In this document: positions 30,986 to 40,457 of the stretch, piece by piece
How positions within the stretch are numbered: position 1 is the first letter of the stretch
Layout: each line of letters opens with the position of its first letter
Assembly: GCA_034521595.1 (NCBI GenBank)
Contig: JAXHMG010000003.1
Span: 1,184,001 to 1,248,000 of the forward strand
DNA length: 64,000 nucleotides
Direction: 5' to 3'
Source of the DNA: Gemmatimonadota bacterium
Lineage (GTDB): Bacteria > Gemmatimonadota > Gemmatimonadetes > Longimicrobiales > Gaopeijiaceae
Made by a program: the position numbers and the translations under genes
The notes under the pieces: generated by a model
The model's database searches: none
Seen by the model: the letters and a program-made list of their open reading frames with translations, nothing else
Told to the model about the DNA's origin: nothing

Positions 30986-32344
30986 ATGAATACGACGAAG
31001 ACGCATCTCCGTGGTGCCCTGACCGTGCTCGCGGTTACGGGATTCTTCTCCGCCTGCGAGCAGGTCGAGCAAGTCCAGGACCAGTTCAGGGACCTCACGC
31101 CTCACGAACGCTATCAAGCTTCCCTGGACCAGGCGGGTCTCGCCGAGACGGCACTCGCACGGGAGTGGAGCGAAGCTGGCGCGCGGGCGGTCGATGAGCC
31201 GTTGTCCATTTCACTGCCGTACGAGGAACGCGGTTTCATCTCGCCCGACGACCCGGACGCGATGGGATACCTGGTGGAGATTCCCCGTGGAAGGAGGCTC
31301 ACGGCGGAAGTGAGCCTCGACACCGAGGAGGGCACCCGTGTTTTCGTCGATTTGTTCCGGGTGGCCGCGGACGAAGAGGACCCGGCTCGCCCCCTTATTT
31401 CGACCGATTCGATCCCCGGTGCCATCACGCACGAACCGTGGCGTGGCGGCGAGTTCGTCCTACGCCTGCAACCGGAGCTCCTGCGCGGGGGGCAATATAC
31501 GGTCACGCTACGGCTTGAAGCACAGCTGACGTTCCCGGTGGACGGCCACGGGGTCCGTGCTGTCCAGAGTCGCTTCGGAGTGCCGAGAGAGGGTGGGAGG
31601 CGATCCCATAACGGCGTGGATATTTTCGCGCCGCGAGGCACTCCGGTCCTCGCCGCCGCCGAAGGCAGGGTGCGTCGAGTGGAAGTCACCAACCTCGGTG
31701 GAAAAGTGGTTTGGTTGAGGGACCCCGCGCGGAACGCGAACCTCTACTACGCTCACCTGGACAGCCAGCACGTGAGCGACGGGCAACGAGTAGCATCGGG
31801 GGACACGGTCGGGTTTGTCGGAAACACCGGAAACGCCCGCACGACCCCGCCTCATCTCCATTTCGGGCTGTACCGTCGCGGGGAAGGTCCCGTGGATCCC
31901 TTCCCTTTTCTCGACCCGCCCCCGGAGGTGATGCCGGAGATGACCGGCGACCTCGACCGGTTGGGATCCTGGGTGCGCGTGGAGTCCGACGGAATTCACC
32001 TGCGGTCGGCTCCGAGCCTTCGTGCCGAGATTCTCGGCGAGCTCGAGCAGTACACACCGCTGCGGGTGCTCGGCGGAGCCGGTGACTATTTCCGCGTCCA
32101 ATTGCCGGATGGAGCACAGGGTTACGTCGCGGCTCGCCTGACGGAGACCGTAGAGCAGCCGGTCGCTGAGGACGCCTCGGCCGTATTCCGCACCGTGCGC
32201 ATGAGGCCGCGCGAGGACGCTCCCGTGATGGCAACGTTGGCCCCTGGCGACCCGGTTTCGGTCCTGGGACGCTTCGGAGAGTACCTCTACGTCCGCGGCC
32301 CCCGAGGGCGCGGGGGCTGGATCGGAGCCGCATCAGACGAGTAG
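30986..32344 (+). CDS. M23 peptidase lipoprotein with two C-terminal SH3-like domains
   Basis: Lipobox FFSAC; HNGVDIFAPRGTPV, YAHLD, GNTGNA..PPHLHF; SH3-like IHLRSAPS and VRMRPRE segments. Confidence 0.9.
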   Translation: MNTTKTHLRGALTVLAVTGFFSACEQVEQVQDQFRDLTPHERYQASLDQAGLAETALAREWSEAGARAVDEPLSISLPYEERGFISPDDPDAMGYLVEIPRGRRLTAEVSLDTEEGTRVFVDLFRVAADEEDPARPLISTDSIPGAITHEPWRGGEFVLRLQPELLRGGQYTVTLRLEAQLTFPVDGHGVRAVQSRFGVPREGGRRSHNGVDIFAPRGTPVLAAAEGRVRRVEVTNLGGKVVWLRDPARNANLYYAHLDSQHVSDGQRVASGDTVGFVGNTGNARTTPPHLHFGLYRRGEGPVDPFPFLDPPPEVMPEMTGDLDRLGSWVRVESDGIHLRSAPSLRAEILGELEQYTPLRVLGGAGDYFRVQLPDGAQGYVAARLTETVEQPVAEDASAVFRTVRMRPREDAPVMATLAPGDPVSVLGRFGEYLYVRGPRGRGGWIGAASDE

Positions 32345-32378
32345 GGGCCTTCCGCCACTAAAGCATGCACCGTCCCGT

Positions 32379-32418
32379 GAAGAAGCCCCCGCAATCCCAA
32401 GATTACGGGGGCTTCTTC
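32379..32418. terminator. Hairpin terminator between convergent M23 and ankyrin genes
   Basis: GAAGAAGCCCCCGCAATC-CCAA-GATTACGGGGGCTTCTTC, an 18-bp stem with one mismatch. Confidence 0.7.
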
Positions 32419-32516
32419 CTGCGACCCATGCGGCCCTAGCAGCCCGTGGTCGGTGCTAACTCCGGCGGGTCATCCGAACACCACTCGCCGGCTGCCTGCT
32501 CGTCATACGCAAAGCT

Positions 32517-34499
32517 TCAGCACGTCAAGCAGTTGTGGTTGTTGATCGCGCCGAGACTCTCCAACAGCTCTACCGTGGCCGGGAACGGAGAAACTCGCTG
32601 CACGGGGCCGTTGGCCATATCCACGGTGGTCTGCCCGCGGCGGCTCACTGCCATGATGTCCGCTCCGTGTTCGACGAGGTACAGGATCATCTCGTTGTCA
32701 CCACGTGCGGCCGCGTGGTGCACCGCGTTGTATCCGTTGTGATCACGGGCGTTGATGTCCACACCCACTTCTTCAACCAGATACTTGACGGCGGGCATCC
32801 ATCCGTTGGGCGTGTGGCGGTGCGCGTTCCCGGCGAAGCCTTCACCGTACCCGACACCGGAAGCGGCATGGATCGGATAGACTGCCGGCTCCCCTTCTTC
32901 CACGGGAGGCAGCCCTGATGGGTCGAGCTGATTCTCGAGCACTTCCCCGGCCTCTTCGACGGCATCCAGGAGCTGCTGCTGAAGCACGTCGGGCGAACTC
33001 ATGGCGAAGATCTCTTCGTCGAACCGGTAGCGAATCTCGTCCGGAAAGTCGTCGCGAACCGAGCGGAGGATCGAGAACTTGGCCGAGTCGGACAACGTCT
33101 CGAAGTCCTCGCTCTGCAACTCCTTCACGTTGTCTTGCTCGAGGAATTCCTCTGCGGTACGTCGCTCCCGGGGCTCCGGAGCACGCGTGGCAATGGACGG
33201 GTCGGCGCCATATTCCCTCAACAGGCGCATCGCGTTGACATCGGTAGCGTAGGCGGCCCGGAGGAACGGGGTAGAGCCGTCCGTATCGATCAAGCCGCAG
33301 TTTCGGTTTCCACACCCCGTATAGACCATGTACCACGGGTGCATGTCGATCCGATGGTTCGGATCGGCCCCAGCCTCCAACAAGGCTTCCATGACGTCCA
33401 GATAGCTCGAGCTTTGACGCTCCCGCTGCTGCGGCTGAGGATAGCGGGTACGAGGCTGCCACTTGTTGTTGATGGTCGACCACAACGGCGCGACACCGTT
33501 CAGCGTTGAAGCCGCGTTCGGATCCGCCCCGTGCTCGAGGAAGAGCATCGCCAAATCGAACTGGCCGTTGAGCACCGACATGAGGAGCGGGCTCGTTCCG
33601 TCGGCCGGGCTCAGAAGGTTCGGGTCCGCCCCACCTTCGAGAAGCGCGAGCGCCGCCTCCTGGTGTCCCTGACGCGCCGCGTGCAGGAGCGGGGACAGCC
33701 CGCCCTTCGCCGTGATGGACGGTGGTCCTCGACGACGATAATCGTCCTCTTCTTCTTCTTCCTCCTCCGGCAGCTCTTCCTCGAAAACTTCCCGACCCGC
33801 CTTCACCGCGGCCTGAATCTCTCTCGGCGAAGGCTCACGCGCCCCGTCGCTCGTGAAGGCGGCCAACACGGCATCGCGGCGATCTTCGGCCGCTTCCATG
33901 TACTCGTTCCACTCGACGAGGTCGCGCACGTAGGTCGTCACGTTCGGATCGGCGCCACGGGAAAGCAGCAGCCGGATGACTTCCACGCGGTTTTCCGCCG
34001 CAGCGAAGACCAACGGAGTCTGCTCCCAGTGGCCCTCCACCGCGTTCGGATCCGCTCCCGCATCCAACAGTGCCTCGACCACCGCAACGTCGCCGGCCGT
34101 GGAGGCCATGTGGAGCGCATCGGCCTCCGTCTCGGTCGTTTTCCGGGCTACGTCGGCACCAGCGTCGAGGAGCCAGCGCACCATGGCCTCATTTCCCTCG
34201 CGGGCCGCCACGTGCAACGGAACATAGCCTCCGATGCGGGTGGTGGCATTCAAAGCCGCTCCGGCAGCGCGGAGCACCTCGGCCATTTCCACGTCGTCCC
34301 GCTCGGCCGCCCAGTGCATGGCCGTCATCCCGTCACCCTGAGACGCGTTGACGTCGGCCCCGCTCTGGAGCAAAGACACTACGGTTTCTACATCGCCCCT
34401 CATCGCAGCGTCGGCGACGGGCGATTCGGGCGGTCCCGCCCCCAGGAGCACCGCGAAGCACAACGCGCTCGCGATAGTGTGGCGTAGGCCGACTCTCAT
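32517..34499 (-). CDS. Secreted ankyrin-repeat protein with Cys motifs
   Basis: GGAGG Shine-Dalgarno before ATG 34499; signal peptide; many ankyrin repeats (GMTAMHWAA, GLSPLLHAA, GYNAVHHAAARG); CGNRNCG and terminal CLTC. Confidence 0.88.
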   Translation of the reverse strand: MRVGLRHTIASALCFAVLLGAGPPESPVADAAMRGDVETVVSLLQSGADVNASQGDGMTAMHWAAERDDVEMAEVLRAAGAALNATTRIGGYVPLHVAAREGNEAMVRWLLDAGADVARKTTETEADALHMASTAGDVAVVEALLDAGADPNAVEGHWEQTPLVFAAAENRVEVIRLLLSRGADPNVTTYVRDLVEWNEYMEAAEDRRDAVLAAFTSDGAREPSPREIQAAVKAGREVFEEELPEEEEEEEDDYRRRGPPSITAKGGLSPLLHAARQGHQEAALALLEGGADPNLLSPADGTSPLLMSVLNGQFDLAMLFLEHGADPNAASTLNGVAPLWSTINNKWQPRTRYPQPQQRERQSSSYLDVMEALLEAGADPNHRIDMHPWYMVYTGCGNRNCGLIDTDGSTPFLRAAYATDVNAMRLLREYGADPSIATRAPEPRERRTAEEFLEQDNVKELQSEDFETLSDSAKFSILRSVRDDFPDEIRYRFDEEIFAMSSPDVLQQQLLDAVEEAGEVLENQLDPSGLPPVEEGEPAVYPIHAASGVGYGEGFAGNAHRHTPNGWMPAVKYLVEEVGVDINARDHNGYNAVHHAAARGDNEMILYLVEHGADIMAVSRRGQTTVDMANGPVQRVSPFPATVELLESLGAINNHNCLTC

Positions 34500-34591
34500 T
34501 CTTCCTCCATTCCCGGTCATGTTGGTGCGCGCTGGGCCCGGCCGCGCTTCGGCGGTCGGACCCAGCCCATGGCTCATTCGAAGAGCTTCGC

Positions 34592-36016
34592 TCAAATGCG
34601 CTCAGCCACTCCGCGAGGCATGCTGAGCGGCAATTCACCCGTGCTGTCACCGAAGCTCTGCATGTCGTCCATCCCCATCCGGTGCATCAGGCTGAGCATG
34701 GCATTCGCCATCGGCGTTCCATCACCGGCCCGGAGGTGCAAGTTGCCATCGAGGATGCCACCACCGTGACCCGCGAAGAACAGCGGGCAACGCCGGTGGT
34801 TATGGATGTTCGCGTCCGACATCGGGGAGCCCCACATCACGACGGATTTGTCGAGCAGGTTCCCGTCCCCGTCTTCCGTGTTCTTGAGCTTTTCGATGAA
34901 GTACGGAAGCTGTCCGACGCGGAACTGGCAGATCTTGTTGAACTCCAGGATCGCCTCTTCCCGGCCACCGTGGTGCGAAGCCGGGTGGAACGGGCGGTCG
35001 GAGCCACTCTCCGGGAACACCCGATTGTCCGCGTCACGTCCGGTCTTGAAGGAGATGACTCGCGTCATGTCGGACTGCAGCGCGAGGACCTGAAGGTCGA
35101 ACATGACCTGCATGTGCTCGGTGAAGGAGTCCGGCACGCCCGCTGGCGCTTCGGGCATGCCTCGCTCGTTCCCCGAGCTATTCTGTGCTTCGATCATCTG
35201 GATTCGCCGCTCGAGCTCACGGACGTCCGTGAGGTACTTGTCCATGCGGACGCGGTCTTCCGCGCCGAGCTGACGTTGGAACGACGAGACCTCGCCGGCG
35301 ATCCAGTCGAGGATGCTTTGGCGAGTGGCGCGGCGCTCCGCGCGATCTTCCGGAGAGGTTCCTGCACCGAAGAGCATGTCGAAGGCGACACGCGGGTCGC
35401 GGATCATGGGCAGGGGCTCGCTCGGAGAGGCCCAACTGACCGCGTCCGTGTAGGAGCACGAGTAGTTGTACGTACATCCACCGGCCGCGTCGAGCTGCTC
35501 GATGCAGAACTGCATCGACGGAAGCGGCGTGTCCTGACCGAACCGCTGGGCGTAGATCTGGTCGATCGACGTACCGACGAACAGGTCCGAGCCCTGAGTT
35601 TGCTTCGGGTGGGACTGCGTCAGGAACACCGCACTGGAACGGAAATGGTCCCCCCCGATCTCCGGAGGAGCGAACGCTTCCGCCATCCGCACGTCGGTGT
35701 TGCTGATGAGCGTCAAGTAGTCCTGATAGGGACGCAGTGAAGCAAGGGCGCTATCCGGGATGATCTCGAAGTCGCGCCCGGTGGTTTCAGGCGCCCAGAG
35801 ATACTGGGTCTCGGCCCAACTGTTACAACCCGCCAGTCCGTGCACTTCTTCGATCGCCACGAACGGGACTCGCTCGGCGGCCGCCGCGGCCGCCCCTTTT
35901 TCACCGCGGAGCCGGCCCGCTGGCACCATCGCGTCGAGGAACGGCAAGGCCACCGAGGCGCCCATTCCCTGGAGGAAGGTTCTGCGATCGAGGTGGCTTC
36001 CAGTGATGAATTCCAT
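34592..36016 (-). CDS. DUF1552 (HXXSHH) protein
   Basis: LDRRTFLQGMGASVALPFLDAM leader, SIDQIYAQ, DPRVAFDMLFG, FHPASHH, GNLLD; GAGGAG Shine-Dalgarno. Confidence 0.88.
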   Translation of the reverse strand: MEFITGSHLDRRTFLQGMGASVALPFLDAMVPAGRLRGEKGAAAAAAERVPFVAIEEVHGLAGCNSWAETQYLWAPETTGRDFEIIPDSALASLRPYQDYLTLISNTDVRMAEAFAPPEIGGDHFRSSAVFLTQSHPKQTQGSDLFVGTSIDQIYAQRFGQDTPLPSMQFCIEQLDAAGGCTYNYSCSYTDAVSWASPSEPLPMIRDPRVAFDMLFGAGTSPEDRAERRATRQSILDWIAGEVSSFQRQLGAEDRVRMDKYLTDVRELERRIQMIEAQNSSGNERGMPEAPAGVPDSFTEHMQVMFDLQVLALQSDMTRVISFKTGRDADNRVFPESGSDRPFHPASHHGGREEAILEFNKICQFRVGQLPYFIEKLKNTEDGDGNLLDKSVVMWGSPMSDANIHNHRRCPLFFAGHGGGILDGNLHLRAGDGTPMANAMLSLMHRMGMDDMQSFGDSTGELPLSMPRGVAERI

Positions 36017-36053
36017 GATGTCGATTCTCCTCAACTGAGTGCGCTAGGGACGC

Positions 36054-38492
36054 TTATTGACCGGCTTCCGCGGTCACTGTGGATGCCTGCTTGAGACGGA
36101 ACGCATCGCTCTTGATCACGCCCATGACCAGCGACGCGACCGGATACTCACCGTCTTCCTCCGCTTCCCTCACGATCTTTCGAATCGTGGGGTTGTCGTA
36201 ATACTCCATCCGGCGACCGATGGCGTAGGCCATCAAGTTTTCCGTGAACGTCCTCACCAACGGAAGCGGACGCTGGAGGAGAGCATCCGTCAGATCCGTG
36301 GGTGAGTTGATCGGAGTGCCGTCGTAGAAATCACCCCGCGTGTCCAGGGCGGTGCCGTTCTCGCGAAGCCTCCACTTGCCGGTCACATCGAAGTTGTCCA
36401 GCGCCAGCCCGATCGGATCGATGAGGCTGTGGCAGGAGTTGCAGGTCGGATTCGCCCGATGCTGCTCCATCCGCTCACGGGTCGTCAGCACTCGGCCCTC
36501 GTCGGCCTCGTCGGACGACTCGTCGAGCGTCGGCACGTTCGGTGGTGGCGGTGGCGGCGGAGTGCCCATGAGGACCTCCATGACCCACTTTCCGCGCAGA
36601 ACGGGCGACGTACGGTTGGCGAGCGAAGTCAACACCAGGATGCTGCCGTGTCCCAGCACACCGCTCCGCCCCGACTCCTCGGGGTACTGTACCATCTGGA
36701 AATCGTCGCCGGCTACACCCGGAAAGCCGTAGTGCGCCGCGAGTCGTTCATTCACGAAGGTATAGTCCGCGGTGAACAGGTCGAGCGCGTCCTCGTTCTC
36801 GTCCACCAGATGGTTGAACAACATCTCCGTCTCGCGGTGCATCGCATCCGCGAGGTTCTCGTCGAAATTCGGGTAGAAATTGGGGTCCGGCCTGACCTTG
36901 TATAGATCCTGGAGGCGGAGCCACTGAGCCGCGAATCGCTTGGCCAACGCGTCGCCCCTCGGATCGCCGAGCATCCGGCGTGCCTGCCGCTCCAACTCGT
37001 CCATATCGGACAGGTCACCGGACCGAGCGACCTCCCGCAGTTCGTCGTCCGGGGGACGGCCCCAAAGGAAGAACGAGAGCCTCGACGCGAGGTCCATATC
37101 GTTGAGCTCGTAGACCTCGCCCGAATCGACGTCTTCCGGAGCGCGCTCGAGCCGCAGCGTGAAGAACGGGCTCGAGAGGATCGCCTCCAAGGCGTCCCGG
37201 ACGCCCCGCTCGAAGCCACCCTTCTGCGAGCCTTCCTCGTAGAAGCGCATCAAGCTGGCGATCTCATCGTCTTGGACGGGACGCCGATAGGCGTCGCTCG
37301 CGAGCCGTTCGATGATGCTTCGGGCACACGGGCGCTCCTCTTCCGCCGTCACCGGACGGCAGGTGAAGATGCGCTGGCGCGTGTCCGTCTCGGATACACC
37401 GGTCACGTTCATAGGTCCGACGATGACCAGGTCACGAAGGTGCGGCAGCGTGGTGATTCCGGCACCGCCGGCACCACCACCGGCCATGGACCAGTCATGC
37501 GGCCGCATCAGGTCTTCGTACGGCCCTTCGGTGGCGCGGATGAAGGCGGCCGAGACCTTGTGCTGTCCGGCTCGCACGAACACGGGCTCGGTCCTCTGAG
37601 GTAGAGCACCACGACCGTCCGCGCCGCGTCCGATGCTGGTGTACGCCAGCTTCGCGACCCGTTCGCCATCGATCGAAATGTCGAGATCCTCGAAGGGAGA
37701 GTTGTCACCCGACGCGAACGTCACCTGAAAATAGTACTCCCCGTCCGCCGGGAAGGCGTGTTCGACGACCATTCCGCCGCGAGTCCCGTACGGGGCTCCC
37801 TCGACGCGATCCCAGGGATGCTGCGAGATGTACTCGGAATTCTTGTACGCTTGCTCCACCTCGCCCGCGTCTCGATTGCCCACCGCCATCCGGCTGATGT
37901 CGGCCGCGGCGTTCATGTAGGATTCGAGCAGCATCGGGGAGATGGCCTGCACGTCCGCGATATTGTCGAAGCCAGCGCTGATCTGGTCACTGGGCAACCA
38001 GTTGCTCGCATCGACTTCCAGGCCGAGCAACGACTCGATGGCCCGCTCGTACTCGGGCTGATTGAGGCGCTGGAAGGTGCGGCGCCCCGGAGTCGGATTC
38101 CGCGCGGCCGCTTCGTCGACCACGGACTCGATAGTCTCCACCAGCGTGGTCAACGTGTCTCCGGCGGGCGTCCGGGCCCCCGGAGGAGGCATCATGCCCG
38201 CTCGGAGCTTCCGGATCATGCGCTCGGCGATCTCGGCCTGCTCGTGAGCCCCGGCCACGTCGAAGTCTTCCAGTGACAGATTCCCGGTCATGCGCCGCTC
38301 GCTGTGGCAGCGGACACACGACGATTGGACGACCTCGTTCAGGTCCTCCGACGAAAGGTCCGCGGCGCCGGCTTCGGCGACGGAAACTTCGGGGGCATCG
38401 GAGTCGCGTTGAACGTCGCCCGACATCGTGGTAGTTCCCCATACCACGAGAGACGCGCCCAGCACGACCGAACTGACGGCGAATGTCTTCAT
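36054..38492 (-). CDS. DUF1592-family (DUF1587/1595/1592/1588/1585) protein with two c-type heme motifs
   Basis: Signal peptide; CVRCH...KLRAGMMPP; RLNQPEY, GFDNIA, LASRLSFFLW, FAAQWL, TSPVLRGKWV, CNSCHSLIDPIG. Confidence 0.88.
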   Translation of the reverse strand: MKTFAVSSVVLGASLVVWGTTTMSGDVQRDSDAPEVSVAEAGAADLSSEDLNEVVQSSCVRCHSERRMTGNLSLEDFDVAGAHEQAEIAERMIRKLRAGMMPPPGARTPAGDTLTTLVETIESVVDEAAARNPTPGRRTFQRLNQPEYERAIESLLGLEVDASNWLPSDQISAGFDNIADVQAISPMLLESYMNAAADISRMAVGNRDAGEVEQAYKNSEYISQHPWDRVEGAPYGTRGGMVVEHAFPADGEYYFQVTFASGDNSPFEDLDISIDGERVAKLAYTSIGRGADGRGALPQRTEPVFVRAGQHKVSAAFIRATEGPYEDLMRPHDWSMAGGGAGGAGITTLPHLRDLVIVGPMNVTGVSETDTRQRIFTCRPVTAEEERPCARSIIERLASDAYRRPVQDDEIASLMRFYEEGSQKGGFERGVRDALEAILSSPFFTLRLERAPEDVDSGEVYELNDMDLASRLSFFLWGRPPDDELREVARSGDLSDMDELERQARRMLGDPRGDALAKRFAAQWLRLQDLYKVRPDPNFYPNFDENLADAMHRETEMLFNHLVDENEDALDLFTADYTFVNERLAAHYGFPGVAGDDFQMVQYPEESGRSGVLGHGSILVLTSLANRTSPVLRGKWVMEVLMGTPPPPPPPNVPTLDESSDEADEGRVLTTRERMEQHRANPTCNSCHSLIDPIGLALDNFDVTGKWRLRENGTALDTRGDFYDGTPINSPTDLTDALLQRPLPLVRTFTENLMAYAIGRRMEYYDNPTIRKIVREAEEDGEYPVASLVMGVIKSDAFRLKQASTVTAEAGQ

Positions 38493-38664
38493 CTAGCTCG
38501 ACTTCCTGAAGGGTTTTCGGAGCATCCGAAGTGTAGGCCGAACCGGTACCCCTTCGCAAGAACGACCGATACCGGCCGAGGTCCGATCTGCCTGCCTATC
38601 AGTGAAGACACGCTTCTTCGCCGAATCGTTTAGAGTCCGATACGAAACCGTATCGCTGGGTCGT

Positions 38665-38707
38665 AAAAAGGGCGCGGTGACACCGTCTTCGGTGTCACCG
38701 CGCCCTT
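38665..38707 (-). terminator. Intrinsic terminator after tRNA-Gly
   Basis: Perfect 18-bp stem AAGGGCGCGGTGACACCG / CGGTGTCACCGCGCCCTT with a 4-nt loop and a T-run on the minus strand. Confidence 0.85.
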
Positions 38708-38721
38708 CGTCTCGACGTCAG

Positions 38722-38794
38722 AGCGGGAGACCGGGCTCGAACCGGCGACCCTCAGCTTGGGAAGCTGATGCTCTACCAACTGAGCTACTCCCGC
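38722..38794 (-). tRNA. tRNA-Gly(CCC), CCA not encoded
   Basis: GCGGGAGTAGCTCAGTTGGTAGAGCATCAGC-TTCCCAA-GCTGAGGGTCGCCGGTTCGAGCCCGGTCTCCCGCT. Confidence 0.95.
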
Positions 38795-38884
38795 TAGTGG
38801 CGACAATCTAGTGGCGTAGGCGGCCCGGCTCCACCGGGCCGCCCGTCCACTCACGCCGTCGTCGCCTATCGTGGCGTCCGACGC

Positions 38885-40330
38885 TCAGCCCACGGACAGC
38901 TCGTATCCGTACCCCCCGACTTGTTCCGTCGACTGGAACTCGACTTCGAAGAGCTCACTCATCTCGGGCTCGCCGACGCTGATCGTTTCCGTAACCGTAC
39001 CCATCGGGTCCCCGGCGGTGGTGTAGAAGGTAAAGGTCAGCGTCACCTGAGTGCCCGCCTCCAGCTGCTGATTGGCGACCGTTCCCGTCACTCTGGCTCC
39101 ACCCTGGTTGAACCGGAGCATTTGCAGCTCGCCCACCGTCACCTCGAGCTGATCGATCTGCTCGACGAGCTGTCCGGCTGCCGCACCGTCACCCTGCTGG
39201 TTCAACGCCTGCGCATGGATCAGCAGAGCGGCCTGGCTGTTCGGATCGAGCTCCGCCCAACGCTCCGCGACCGGGGGAATCTCGGTGTAGGCCGAATCCA
39301 ACTGCAATGAGCGCGTCCACATCTCGAGTCCGTCACGGTCCATCGGGTTGGCGCTCACGGCCTCTTCGAAGGATTCCGTGGCTCGCTCGTAGGCGCTCCC
39401 CTGGTAGAAACCGACACCGACCTGATAGTACTGCACCGGGCCGAGATCGAGAGCCGGGTCCTCGAGCATCTCGTCGTAAATCGCGAACGCCGCAGCCTCG
39501 TCACCCGTCTGGAGCCGGGTCGCTGCGAGGTTCATGGCGATGGAAACGTCGGACGGATTCTCCTCCCGGAGTCGTGCGAAGATCTCGGCGGCCTCTTCGA
39601 ACCGGCCGGCGTCGGAAAGGATCTGCGCACGCAGAAGCGGCACGTTGGACGTGAGGTCCTGCCAAGCCGCCATCGTCTCTTCACCGAGCTCCTCGGGATC
39701 CGCGTCTTCGACGATCTCGACGCCACGCTCCAGGTTCTCCAGCGCGTCTTCGTGGCGGCGCATCTGTCCGTAGAGCTGGCCAAGGGTGATGAAGGCCTCG
39801 GGCCGGTGGGGATAGACGGCGTTCGCGTCCTCGAAGACTTCGGCTGCCGCTTCGTAGTTACCCTCATTGATCAGCGGCATGCCCTGGTTGTAGAGCTCGA
39901 TCCACATCTCTTCGCGAAGCTGGACGTCCTCCATCTCGTAGAGAGGATACAGCTCGCCCGCACGGTCGAAATGCTCGCCTGCCTGCTGATAGTTCTCGAG
40001 CCCGAGATGCGCGAGCGCGGCGAGGCGGTGCCCGAGTGGGTTCTCCGGATCCGCGTCGATCTCGGCCTGGGCCGCGTTCAAGGCGTTCTGGTACAGCCGC
40101 TCGGCCTCCGATCCCTCCGCGTCCTCTGCTGACTCGAGAAGATCTTGGGCCTGGTTGGTGTTCTCCGTCTCGCTAGGCGGCACACCCTCTTCGCCGGAGA
40201 GCTCGGACATCGCTGCCGCGAGGCCCGTGGGGCCATTGCCACCACCGCCGCCGCCGCCACCACCGGACGCACAGCCGGTGAGACCGAATCCGAACGCTGC
40301 TGCCAGGACGAGTCCATAGCGGATCTTCAT
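38885..40330 (-). CDS. TPR-repeat lipoprotein with C-terminal beta-sandwich (FxLYD-like) domain
   Basis: Lipobox LTGC, poly-Gly linker, multiple TPRs, VTGTVAN...TFTFYTTAGDPMG. Confidence 0.75.
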   Translation of the reverse strand: MKIRYGLVLAAAFGFGLTGCASGGGGGGGGGNGPTGLAAAMSELSGEEGVPPSETENTNQAQDLLESAEDAEGSEAERLYQNALNAAQAEIDADPENPLGHRLAALAHLGLENYQQAGEHFDRAGELYPLYEMEDVQLREEMWIELYNQGMPLINEGNYEAAAEVFEDANAVYPHRPEAFITLGQLYGQMRRHEDALENLERGVEIVEDADPEELGEETMAAWQDLTSNVPLLRAQILSDAGRFEEAAEIFARLREENPSDVSIAMNLAATRLQTGDEAAAFAIYDEMLEDPALDLGPVQYYQVGVGFYQGSAYERATESFEEAVSANPMDRDGLEMWTRSLQLDSAYTEIPPVAERWAELDPNSQAALLIHAQALNQQGDGAAAGQLVEQIDQLEVTVGELQMLRFNQGGARVTGTVANQQLEAGTQVTLTFTFYTTAGDPMGTVTETISVGEPEMSELFEVEFQSTEQVGGYGYELSVG

Positions 40331-40375
40331 CCTTGGAACCTCCATTGGGTCGTGTTTCAGGGGGCAAGACCGGAT

Positions 40376-40404
40376 AACTTAGAACGCCGCTCGCGCGGCG
40401 CCAA
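40376..40404 (-). promoter_or_regulatory. sigma70-type promoter for the TPR lipoprotein
   Basis: TTGGCG-N17-TAAGTT on the minus strand. Confidence 0.5.
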
Positions 40405-40457
40405 GGGTACGCGACCCGGCCGTCTCATCCTCGAAGGGATGCAAGGAGCTTGCCGGC

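Noticed and set aside
32436..32519. Possible selenocysteine readthrough of the TGA after CLTC in the ankyrin gene
   Set aside because: No convincing SECIS hairpin was seen, and the short extension does not look protein-like.
40237..40266. GCC/ACC trinucleotide run
   Set aside because: It encodes the poly-Gly linker after the lipobox and is not an independent repeat element.
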